A stretch of 64,000 nt of DNA from Geosiphon pyriformis uo1 (Eukaryota; Fungi; Glomeromycota): positions 186,001-250,000 of the forward strand of contig JAAOMT010000046.1 in NCBI GenBank assembly GCA_016748015.1, written 5' to 3'. Below, piece after piece: positions 21,354-34,100 of this stretch. The stretch's first letter is position 1. Each line of letters opens with the position of its first letter. Under the pieces are notes generated by a model, which did no database searches, had not been told where the DNA came from, and saw only the letters and a list, made by a program, of their open reading frames with translations. Both the position numbers and the translations under genes were made by a program.

Positions 21354-24300
21354 TTATTACATGTATTAGCCACTAATGTCATATAATTAGCCACTCTATT
21401 TTTAGATAGTGATCATTGACCTAATCATTGACCTAGTTGTTGACCACTTTCATTAGCTATATAAGCAATGAGTCTCTTAGCTGTAGAAAATCATCTCTCA
21501 GACAAGAATCAAATAAATAAAAATAACAACTTTCATCTCAATCACTCTCTTATTTCTAATTTCTCTTTCCTTACTTTCAAGTATCCGAACATTTTAGGAT
21601 AAAAGATTACTTGTTGGTCTTTTCCTGATGTATATAATTGTAGCATTTGAAAATTATTTGAATAAACATGACTGAAAAGCACAAGTTGATACCTAATATT
21701 GAATTCTAAGAGTGCTGACATAAGGCATAGAATTATACCAGTGGTGATTAATTGTTAACAGTACAGACTATTCCTCTACCTTCAGATTCCCTTGTTACCT
21801 TTTGAAAAGAATAGCGACTGAGATATTTTATGAGACTGATCTCGCACATTGAATCCATACTCATTCAATTCACTCATTGAAGTTGAATTCCCTTTGATTA
21901 TTTCCATTACCCTACAATCCTGTTCTCTCTTGCTATCTGTTAGCTTATTACTCCAACCCATAACAATAGAATTGCTAAGCATCAAAAAAAAATACAGATC
22001 TACACTGCATGCTAGGATCAGACTACAACAGCAAAGACAAATAGTGAACAATATCATTAAAAGACAATAAAACTTTGAGCTAAGCAAAGAAGCAATAATC
22101 AAAAGCATTCTGAACAGGAAAAGACAAAGGATAGTATTGGATCATGTTATAGAAGAAGACAAATTTCATGATGATTCTGATAAAATCAAAAAGCTAGTAA
22201 ACAAAAAGGCTCAAGAGTAAACTAGAACAAGAATTCTTGAATCTGAACTATAGAAAAATTGGGAACACAGGTTTAGGCCAATTGAGAGCATCTCAGATTA
22301 TGCCTTTGATAGTGTAATGGCTGAGATAACAATTGAGGAATTTAAACACACATTAAGCCACACACTTCATAACAAAGCCCTTGACCCATCAGGCATACAA
22401 GCTGAACTTTGGAAGAAGTCTGGGCTTAATATCATGTCTAAACTGAAAACATTGCTTAATGCTTGCATAAAAGCAGCAAACATGCCTGAGGAGTGGAAAA
22501 TAGCATAGGTCATACTAATTCCAAAGCCAAAAAAATAGGGTGGCAATATTGACATTACTAGGCCAATCACACTCATTGAAAGCACTAGAAAGATCTTAAC
22601 AAAAATTTTAACTGTGAGAATATCAAAAGCATGTGAGCTCCACAATGTTCTAAAAGGTTATAATGCCTTAGTTCTGAAGAATACATTTATAGCAGTACCA
22701 ATTTATGTGATTAATGCTGTTGCTGAGCATATAAAAGAATTTGATAATAAGACTTGGTTCATATTTTAGGACATAAAGAAAGCATATAACTCAATGGGAT
22801 AGAAATCCATGGAAGTTGCACTAAGGAGGATCAAAATGAACAATAGGTTTACTGAGCTATTTGGCTTGATGCACAACAATAGAAGCAAATGAATCATAAC
22901 TGAGTTTGGGTTAAGAGATGAATATCAAGTACAGGATGGATTAGATCAAGGGAAAACAAACTCACCCATCATGTAGAAGATCTTCTATGACCCCTTACTG
23001 TGTAAAATAAAACAAACAAATTATCACCAGGGATACCAATTAACAGCTGAATGAAAAAAATGGAACAATTAAGCAGACACACAATCCATACTGGCATCAG
23101 TGAACCACCTTGCCTTTGTCAATAACACAGTGTAGATAGCTAACTCAAAACAAGGAATGCAGAGTATTCTGGACACAGCCAGCTCTTTCTTTAGAATGAT
23201 AGATATTGAGATCAACTTAGATAAGACTAAAACAATAGTGATCAGACCCTTCAAGAGGAAATCAGTGTTAATTGAGCCACTAAAATTTGGTCCAAACAAA
23301 CAAATCTTGAAATTGCTACATGCACCCAATATTTGGGAGTATGGATTTGAGCAGATGAAAAAAATGAAACAGTGCTGAATATGATAGGATCTGACATTGA
23401 AGCAGTGTGTAGGGTTATTAAGAAAAAACACATTACTGAAAAACAGATGATTTACATTTTCAACAGTGTACTCAGTCCTGCAATAGAATTTAGATCTCAG
23501 TTAACTCATATACCAAACAGTTGGGCCAAAAGATGAAACTCAAAAATCTCAGCCACTGTAAAGAAAAAAGCAAACCTCTTAGTAGATTTTCCAGCCAGTG
23601 CCATGCATCACTCATTTTTGTACAACTTATTCAAAATTGATAATATACAGGTAAAAAGCAAGATTACAGATTTGTTGGTTAGATTGAACAGTAATGATAT
23701 TGCTGGAATGGCTACAAAAATCAGACTAGCTAACTTGCAGACACAGAGATGGTTAGCTCATAGTATATTTGAATACCCTACTAATGAACAATCTAAGTCA
23801 GAAGTTAATTTAATAGCAAACATCATACAGATAATGGATGAAAGAGGCATCTCATTTAAAAGCTCTGGTAACACATATGGGGTGCCTGAATTCTTAAGAC
23901 CACATACATATTTAATTGAGACAGTTATAACTCCAGATATAACCTACACTAAGGTTAGAAGTTTACTAAGAAAAAAAAACATTTTGTATTTACATCAGGT
24001 TTAGAACAAAGATGGATCATTAATAACATGGATGGACTTTACAAGGAAGTACAAACAAAACAACAGTGGTAGAATTTCCAAATGGTTTAAGATTTTAGAG
24101 TCCACAATCATTATGGATGAACACAGAAACATTAATATAACCCAATATGAAGCAGTAAGGATGCACAAAATAGATTATCAGATACCAGATGACCTAGATA
24201 CAATACAAAGGGACTTTATTTACATCCAAATTTCTGATGTTCTATTACCACAATGGAGGAATGTGTGAGATAAGTTGAGACTCAAAAAGGAAATAGAAAT

Positions 24301-24966
24301 ATCAACAGATAGATTACTGGTAAAAGCTGGTTCTGAGAATGCTAAAAGAGCTGCCACTTTTGTGATACATAAAATAGAGGCCAACTTTGGTATAGTAGTT
24401 AATGAAACATTATCATTAACAAAAACTGAAGCAAAAGCTGTATTATTGGCTTTGAAAGCAGTGCCTTACAAATGCAAACTGACATTGAACACAGATAGTC
24501 AGGCAGTAGTGTCAACAGCTCAAAAATGGTTGTCCAAAGATTCTTCCTTGTTTATTAGGAATTAGCTTAAAACTCCTAACTGGCGTACATAGAATGTAAT
24601 TAAAGCAGTGATAGGAGAAAAAAAAATTGATCTTAACATAAACAAAGTAGCTGCACACACTGATGTATCTGAAAATGAGATGGCTGACAAACTAGCCAAA
24701 GAAGCTATTACCTTTGACACAGTGAAGTGGGCTTACAATGCTAAAAACATCAGTTACATCCCTTCTTGTAGAGGAATTGAATTGGATCTGAATATCAGAC
24801 ATTTTCTGAGCCAACAGATTGGAATTCAAAAAGCCTTGAATTGGATTGGCAATGACAAAGTATGAGAAACAATAGGGTCCTTGGACCAGAGAGTAGACTG
24901 GGAGAGCACAACCAAAGTGTGGAACTGGGATGGTAAAATGTCATCAGGCTTCACTTTAGCTGGTTC

Positions 24967-26943
24967 TTTTTTTTTTTTTTTGTTAATGTGTAGTCACACT
25001 AATCATTTATTAGTTAAGTTCACAGTAATGTGACAGTTTCATAAAGCCAGCTCAGCCAATAATACAAAAATTACAAGATGCAGCTAACCACCTATACTAC
25101 TTAGTGTATTAAACATATCTAATTTATATATCTTACTCATGATGCTAACAAGCTTATGACTATTCTTAACCATACCACTCATCCACTTAGCAGTTGGATT
25201 AGAACTGAATTTGATACTGGATGGCTGATCTTTTCATAAATGCATCATAACATCAAACATGTTATTATAGACAGAGAAATTTTTATCTTTGACATCATCA
25301 TTATTATTGTCATCTATGTCATTATTATCTAACATGTCTTCCAAGCAAGCCTGTTCACACTTTTTTTCAAGGCATGTCATTTTCTTTTGTATCACAATAG
25401 CAATAGCAGCCAAGCCTTTATTTTGCTCAACTAATCCAGTCACACTTTCTTTAACTAACACATCTACAGCAGATAGAATAGACAACAATTTGGTAACCAA
25501 AACAACCAGAACACCAACAGGTTCAACCAAAAATTTTATCAACAAAAATAGTTCACAAAATGGGATTCTAGAGAAGCTAATCTAGTTTCAACAGCATTAT
25601 TGAAAGCAGAAGAGGCAACAGACAACAAGAGTGTTGTAATTGGAGGAGGACCACCAAGATCCAAGTTCATATCAGCAGCAGCTTTGGCATAAAATTTGGA
25701 GCTAGTAACAGAGAATTTGAAAATTTTTGGGCCACCAGAAAAGTTGGAAAAAACTTTGGGAGAGAAAGGTGGTGACACTTTGCACTCTAAAGCCAAATGG
25801 TCCAAACCTTAACATCTATAGCACCAGCAACATCCAGAAGTTTCCCATCAGATGCAGCAGCCACGTAAGGTACCAGTTTTAGAAACAGCAATGTTCAAAG
25901 ATTCCAAGAAATCAAAAATAACCACAGCAAAATGTTAATGTCAGTATGACTCAGGAAAGTGAGGAATAAAACAGGTACAGCCACCAACTTGAGAGACCAA
26001 ATCACTTATCTCAAAGGCAGTACAGCCAAAGGAAAAATTGACCAACTTGGCTTTGAAAGCATCTCTTGAGGCAATAACCTCTTTTTGGTTGACTAAAGGT
26101 AGAATCCTAATACTATCCTTTTTAACCAGTACTGACCAGTGAGTAAGAACAGCAGCAGCAGAAGAAATGTCTTTGAAATGAACCACAACATATTGCCATA
26201 AGCCAGCAGGCTTTAACTTGACAGAAGTGACAATACCAAAATTGCCAAAAGCAGATTTAATGTTATCAAAAGAGGTACTCAAAGGTATATCATGAAGTGC
26301 AATTGACAAGAGAGGAGAAAAAACAGAGGCCACACCAGAAGACCATGCAATCTTAAGAGTGATTATCACCAATAACCATATTGGTGGCACCATTTAGACT
26401 CTCTTGAGATGCAAATTCTACACAGAACAACTTGACAGCATCTCGTAAAACAGACTTAAACCCAATACAACCAGGCAGCAACTGAAACAAAAAATTGAGC
26501 AAGGCCATCTTGATCTTAAATATAGCACCAGATACAAGATTGGAGGCCACCCAACTAGAGAACCTTTGACGACCATTCACATTCTTCTAAGCACCACTAT
26601 TAGCAGCACCAGAAATTGGGGGAAAAGCAGTTGATTCCATTTCCATCTGATCAGTCCAATCTTTGAGATCATCTGAAATAATGGGCTGTTTTGCTACTGG
26701 GATTGGCAATGATCTGCTGGAAAGTACCACATTAGGCAACACAGCCAGTGGTTAATCTTGGCCCATCTTGGGAGATATGCTGCTGCTGTTGCCATCTATA
26801 TCAGGAAGAGTGCTGGCTGCTGCTGTGGAGATCTTACCAAAGATCTTATCTGGAACCACAAAGGGGTTTGGTGTAACCATAGCAGTTGTGACTGTCTGCT
26901 GCTGTTTTTTGGAATTTTTTGCTTTCACAGCCATTTGTGAAGC

Positions 26944-26975
<32 letters not shown>

Positions 26976-27340
26976 AAGTGGTGAAAGCGGAAAAGACCAA
27001 CTTGTTGACTGGTTTGTTATTAAAAATCTTTGGGCTTTTTGAAGCAGTGGATATAACACTGGAACTAACCCAAGTGAGTTTTTTTGCAAGAACTTTGACT
27101 GGAGAAAAACTTCCAGCCAAAGGAGAAGAAAATAAACCAGAAGCTGCTAAAGACAGTCTTTCACTAATATTTTTCAAAGGAAATGTAGCCAGAACATTTT
27201 GTCTAGCTGCTTCAATAACAGAGAAACCCTTTCATGTTGAAACTTTATTAATTATTATAAGAAAAGTAACGTTTGCAACTTTTTTACTCTTAGCTCTAGT
27301 CATGGTCATAAAATTAAGAAGAGAAAGAGTTTTTCCTCAA
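24967..27340 (-). mobile_element. Complete non-autonomous ORF1-only element (H3), ~2.37 kb
   Basis: Poly(T) at 24967-24981 and TSD CTGGTTCTTT (24960-24969 and 27341-27350). One decayed ORF from 27303 to ~25095 with RRM-like and CYRCQGLDHLALEC motifs. No EN or RT. Confidence 0.9.
26944..26974. repeat. (GTA)n microsatellite encoding poly-Thr in the half-element ORF
   Basis: About 10 GTA units; a shorter equivalent lies at 1259-1278. Confidence 0.9.
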
Positions 27341-28191
27341 CTGGTTCTTTAACAATGCATACATTTATTATGAAATCATTCCACAATATGTTGTCAATAG
27401 CAGAGATGCTATACAACAGACATTTTTTAGTGTATATGAACAACTTGTGCAAAGTATGCTACACAGAAGTTGAAACCAATCAACACTTTTGGGAATGCTT
27501 TCTGAATACTTAAAAGGGCAAGACACTAATTGATGATCTAAGGAATGAGTAAATGCAGTGCTTATCAAAGACTGTGAGAGAGAAACATAAAATCTTGGAC
27601 CCTAGTGAGAGGGTTGTTTTGTCTAATGAGTACATCAGGACAACACCCAATATAGATCTGCTATGCAAAAGACTAATCAATGAGCAATTTAGAAGAATCA
27701 ATGCTTTTGCTAACATTGATTAAAGGGCTAATGATAATGTCTTAATTAAGGTGTGTAAATGGGCTGTGACTCAAGTGAGGAATAGACTATAGAGGGAATG
27801 TTGTAGGTTACAAACTAAGTGAGAAAAAATGATGGGTATTGATAACAGAATTAAGAGAAACCCATCATGAGTAACCAATATACACAAATTGCCTAGAAAT
27901 AGTAATAAATCCAATAGTGAAATAAGTGATTGATTCCAACATAGTAATAAGATATTGACTGATGTTTTGGGTAGTTGAATTACTTTAAGTAATGGTGTGA
28001 TACCCCTTAGGTTTTTTGGTTATACTAATGTGTAGTTAGGCATAGCCACTTTGTGGTTAGCCACATCTTGTAACTTAGATTATTGGGTGAGTTGGCTTTT
28101 TAAAAAAGCTGTGCTTTTTGAATATGACTAAACTAATAAAAGACCAGCATGGCTACACATTAACAAAATAAAAATAAAAATAAAAATAAAA

Positions 28192-31100
28192 ATGTTTAAT
28201 AACAACACCAACAGCAAAGTGACACCAGTTATGCAAAGAAGTACCAGTATAGAGATTACTGACTATAAAGTCCAAGTGAAGAGAAGCAAAACTTTCACTA
28301 CAGAGAAAAAGGAAAATAACACAACTTTGCAAAATACAACAACAGTAGAAGCTACAAGACCTACTACACCTCCATTCAAGTTTGAAACTGTCAACAGACC
28401 ATTTAAGAGTGTGAATACAAGTAGTGAAGACAACACACCTTTCAAAATTGCCAACACATCAAAAAGAACAGCTCCACATAGGCAAGCAGTAGACTTCTCT
28501 TCCACAATGGCCAACAGACTGGAGAAAAAAACTAATAAAAAATACAGACACATTGGAAGGATAAGTGTAAAAGATCTGACTAAAAGATTCAACCAAGTAA
28601 TTAAAGAAGATTCACCCAAAAACATAATTCTCCAGACTGACAACTTTGTCTTGCAGCCAATGTTCAACAAAGGCAAGAACAGTAACAAATTCCAAATAGA
28701 AACAGGGACTAGTAAAAAGGGGGCCTCAAAGTCTCTGAAAAAAATGGATAGACCATCAAAAGCTACTAAAAGAAACAGTGAAAGAGCTGTGCAAATAGAA
28801 GCAGCTCTGAGGAAATACAATCCAGATATTTTGAACAGGATCAACAATGGAAATTCTGTGATGGAAATTGAGAAGCAAAGAGACAATTCATTTTCACAAA
28901 TGAAGATAAGACCAATTTGGATGACAATGCAGAGAACATGAAAGACTCTAAATTAGACATGTCAAACAGAATGGAAAGTCCAAGCCCAAGGCAATATAGC
29001 AGCAAAGCACTTGGCAAAAAACCCATTTTTATGGAACCAAACCATGAGGAAGGATAAAAAACTATAATGCATGGAACCAAAAAACATATGCTCTTTGTAC
29101 AGGCATTAGATATACCAGAGAAGGTAAATGAAAAGAAAGTGGGATGGATTTACAACCTTTTGAAAGATGTCAGCTACCTCTTGGGAGCTGTAATGGTAAG
29201 AAACCAAGAAATCTGAGTGGATTTTTCCCAAATAGCAGAGAAAGACCAAGCCAGAAATATCTTAGCAGGAAAAAAAATTGAGTCCTTTTTGATGGCTACT
29301 GATAGTATTGTTATGGATTAGAGTAACAAGCTAATGGATAGCAAGGGAGAACAGAATTGTAGGATGATGGAAATAATCAAAGGGGATTTAACTTCAATGA
29401 GCGAATTGAATGAGTATGAATTTAATGTGCAAGATCAGTCTTATAAAATATCTCAGTCGCTATTCTTTTTAAAGGTAACTGGGGAATCTGAAAGTAGAAA
29501 AATAGTCTGTACTGTCAACAATTGATAACTGCTGGTATAATTCTATGCCTCACGTCAGCACTCTTAGAATTCAATATCAGGTATCAACTTGTGCTCTTCA
29601 GTCACGTTTATTCAAATAATCTTCAAATGCTACAATTATATATGTCAGGAAAAGGCCAACAAGTAATTTTTTATTCTATATTAGCAATAAGAGAGTGATT
29701 GAGATGAAAGTTGTTATTTTTATTTATTTGATTTTTGTCTGAGAGATGATTTTCTACAGCTAAGAGACTTATTGCTTATATAGCTATTGAAAGTGGTCAA
29801 TGACCAGATTAATGGTCAGGTCATTGATCAGGTCAATAATTACTATCTAAAAATAGAGTGGCTAATTATATGACATCAGTGGCTAATACATGTGATAATT
29901 AATAAAAATTATGAGTTTCAACTGTAACATCATCTTCTCCAAAGAGATTGAGCTCTAGTGAAATCAAGCTATTTATAGAGTATTCTAATTGAAGAGTTTT
30001 GTCTAACTCAAAACTAACTAGTTTGTTGAAGTCTTTTGTGGATAGAGAATATAGTATTTGAGACGAAATAAGCTTTGTATCCAAGAGACCAAATCTTTGT
30101 ATAAGAGTTTTGGCTCTTTTTACAATGGTCAAAATTCTTGGAACATCTAAATGTATAATGCCCAAAATTTCCACTTGTATCTCTGAAGTTGTTTTCTTCA
30201 TGAGCTTTATTTCTTCTATGATTTCACCAAGACGACCATAGAGTTCTAGTTGCCTTTCATATGACAAGTTTTTGTCTATGGGCAAGATTTCCTTAATTGT
30301 TTTTTTAATTGTCATGGAAGATGTAAGTATTGCTGCTGTTATGCTTTCCAGCAAATACTTATCCATTTTGCTACCAATTCTTTCTCTTCTGGTAGTGGTT
30401 TTCTTTGGTCTAATAACAGTATGTGTTCCACTGTTATCAGTTATAGTGGTTTGTTTTTCAATGGTCAGAGTAGCATTTGAATAATTTTTGATCCAGTACT
30501 CATGGAGAGTATAGAAAGCATTTTGAATGTTTTAATCTAGGAAATAATTGTTTATGTCAATTGAAGATACCTCTGTTTTGAGAATGGTGCATTTATTTAT
30601 ATCTGATTTTTGTTAATCATTTGGGTCGGTATTACCACAACAGGTAACCAATCAGATTGTTTGTAATATTTCTTGAGTTGTGTGCCATAAACAGGGCAAT
30701 CATTAAAGATTGTTCCATATTGATCTTGTAAGATATAAGAACCATTGTTCAAAACTTTGTTGACTATAAAGAGTTCTTTTCACTGGCTAGAGAATTTATT
30801 ACCATAGACATTGTTTCTGTCTGAACAGTATTCTAAAACTAAGTTACCAATACTTAAGAAAAGTGTTTTATATGTTTTTTTTTTCTTAAGCTTCTCTTGA
30901 AATTGTTTTATCTTTTCAAAGAAAATTATCTGTGCTTCTACTAATGAGTCAAGAATGGTACCAAGTCTTTTTTGCAAAATGTCTTTGTAATTTCCTATTG
31001 TTATTTGTTCAAAGAGTATTGTCTCAATGTCAGTTTCTATTGGTAGAGTTGCCATTCATCCATAGAGTAGATAAAAGGGTTCATAACTTGTTATGTCATG

Positions 31101-34100
31101 ATTCATAGTTCTATAGGCAAACAAGACTGAAGGCAGTACTTTGTCTCATAAGTTTGTTTCTTTGCTGGTTTTGGCTAGGGTTTCACATAGTGTTCTATTG
31201 AAACATTCCACTAGGCCATTTGTTTGGGAGTGATAAGAGGAAGAGAGTTTATGACATATTCCCATTTTTCTGCAAAGTTCTTCAACAAGTGTACTGAGAA
31301 AAGCTCTTCCTCTGTCAGATAAAAGTTCTTTGGGGCAGCTATGGTAACAAATGATATCTTCATAAATGAAATTGGCTATTGAGACTGCTGTTTGGTTTGA
31401 AGTGGCTTTTGCTTCTACCCACTTTGTAAGATAGTCAGTAGCTGTGATAATGTATCTGTTGCCATTAGGAGTTATTGTTAAAAGTCCAACAACATCTATA
31501 CCAATTCTGTCAAAGGGTTGACCAACAGAGATTGGATGAATATCTTTTTTGCAATTGGGTTTTTTTCTTCTTTGGCAGATATTACAGGTTTTGATGTATT
31601 TAGCAATGTCTTTTCCCAAGGTAGGCCAATAATAATGAGCTAGAGTTTTCTGAATTGTTTTTGTTTTTCCAAAGTGTCTAGCTAATAGATCAGTATGCAT
31701 ATTGTAGATCACAATTTCTCTTTTTTCAAATCTGATGACTCTCTGGAGGTGGTCAGGATCTTTTCTATTTCTTTTATAAAGTTGGTTCTGGCAAATCAAA
31801 TAGAAATTTGATTGTTTGCGCAAATGTTCTCTTTGTTGTTGTGTGTATTTCGGTAGGTATTGTCTTTTACCCAAAAATTGTATTAAAACAGAGTAGTTGT
31901 TCAAGTCCATTATCGTGTTTGTCAAAAAGGGAGAATTACTAATAATTAAGTTGGTTTGGTTTGAGAGGGTTGTTTTGTCACTGGATGGTAAGTCTGGAGA
32001 GAGCATCAGCATTTTGATGATTAGCTCCTTTGCAATGTTGAATATCATAGTCGAATTCATTTAAGTAAAGTATCCAGCAAGTTATCTGTTTGTGTTCTAG
32101 CTTTTTTTTGTTGTGCAGCCAAACCAAAGCTTGATGATCTGTTACTACCAAAAACTCTATGCCAAGAAGATACTTACTCCAGTAACTGGTGGACCATACT
32201 ACTGCTAAGCATTCTTGTTCAGTGACTGAATAGTTCTGTTCTGCTGGGGAAAGAGTTCTACTGGCATAGGCTATGGCATGTTCTTTGCCATCTTCATCTT
32301 TCTGGAAGAGAACAGCACCAAGTCCAAAGCCAGATGCATCAGTGTGGAGGATAAAGAGTCAATCTAGATCAGGTTGCTTGAGAATGGGTTCTGTAACCAG
32401 TTTTTTCTTTAAAGTTTCAAAGGCTTTTTGCTAATGTGTTCTCCAATGGTAATTGACATTTTTCCTGAGTAGCTGATTGAAAGAAGAGGCGATTTTGGAG
32501 AAATCCTTGACAAATTTGTGATAATAAGAGGCCAAACCAAGAAAAGAGTGTAATTCATGAATGTTCATTGGTTGTTTAATGTTTTGGACTTTTTCAACTT
32601 TGGCTGGATCAGGAAAGATTCCATCTTTTATGATAAGATAACCAAGGAACTGGGTGGATTGTCTTCTAAAGAAAGATTTAATTGGGTTGATCTTGAGGCC
32701 AGCATTTCTAAGGAGGTCAAAAACTTTTTGCAAATGTTTCAGGTGTTCATCCCAGGTTTTTGAGTATACCATTATGTCATTCAAATAGATTAGAACAAAG
32801 TTCTCTTTGACTGATTCAAATACTTTATCTATTAAGCATTGAAAGGTGGGAGGGGAGTTGGTGAGACCAAAAGGCATGACTGTGAATTCATAAGTGCCAT
32901 ACTTGGTGATGAAGGCAGTTTTCTTTTTGCTTTCTGGATCCATCTCTACTTGCCAGAATCCAGCAGTTAAGTCAATGATTGAGAAGAAAGCAGCATCTTT
33001 AAATTGGTCTAACATTGCATTAATCTTGAGAAGTAGGTACATGTCTCTTTCAGTGATGACATTTAATTGGCAGTAGTCGACACAAAAGCATAGTGTTCTA
33101 CCTTTCTTGGATACCACTACAACTGGGAAAGCCCATTCATTCTTGGTTTCTTGTATGAATCCAAGTTTTTTCATCCGGTTTATCTCTTTCTTGATAAACT
33201 CATCATTGTGCCAATTGGATTGATAAGGCTTCAAATGGATGGGTCGAGTTTCTCTGGTGGTAATAGTGTGTTGTATTACATGAGTACATCCAAGAGTATT
33301 ACCTTCTTTGGAGATAACTGGGCTATTTCTTGCCAGCAAATTTTCAATGTCTATTTTTCTTTCTTCTGGGGAGAGTTCTTTTTGTTCCACAACCAGTGAT
33401 TGGATCTCAGATGGTTCATTTTCAAAGAACTTCTGTACTTTTTTCAATTCTTCTCTGGATATCAAACTGATTGGTTCTCAATCTCTGTAATAGATCAAAC
33501 ATGATTTGCATTCATCACTTGGAGAATACAAGAGTTTGTTGCACCAACACCAGGCACAAGGACCATGCCACCAAAAACTGTATTTGGCTTTCTTACCAGG
33601 TTTTCTTTCAAAGGTTCTTCTAAGGATATCATAATAAGGCCAGCAGATCAGCTTGCCATTTACAATAATTCCTTCTTTGTCTGCTTTAACATTGTCCAGT
33701 GGTTTGCCATTGCTGGTAAAGGTGGTATAGGTGAGTTCAGCAGTTTCTTCTTGCTCTTCTTGTTCTTCTTCTTTATCACTCTCTTCATCATCTGATTCAT
33801 CTGATTGTTTTTCTTCTTGGTTTTGTTTGGGTACTGGGGGAGTTGTCCAATGGTAACACTTAACCACAATGGGTTTCTCATCACATCTGATGGTTAATTC
33901 ACAAAGTTCATAATCAAGCAAAGCTTTTGCTTTCTTGAGTCATTCATTGCCAACAATGATGATGCATTCCTTAGCTTCAAAAACTTCTATGTCAGTTTCA
34001 ATGCTAATTCCATTGATACGGACAGGAACAGCTTTGGCAATACCCAGTTCTTTCTTTTTGTCACCATGTATATTGGTCATTGGTCTGGTGGAAGGTTCAT

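Larger units (their letters stand above)
14336..21965 (+). mobile_element. Full-length Ty3/Gypsy LTR retrotransposon G1 (subfamily A)
   Basis: LTRs at 14336-14990 and 21323-21965, 4-bp TSD ATAG (14332-14335 and 21966-21969), PBS, PPT, and gag-PR-RT-RH-IN order. Confidence 0.96.
14195..28191 (+). mobile_element. LINE-b (ORF2 linker to 3' end) in three pieces: 14195-14335, 21966-24966, 27341-28191
   Basis: The pieces rejoin once Gypsy G1 (TSD ATAG) and H3 (TSD CTGGTTCTTT) are removed. Contains RT, RNase H, 3' UTR and an (AAAAT)n tail. Confidence 0.92.

Noticed and set aside
29334-29525. Recurrent small antisense LTR ORF (..MSELNEYGFNVQDQSHKIS..)
   Set aside because: Length and stops vary, and it is not maintained in subfamily B. 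Recurrence just reflects LTR copy number.
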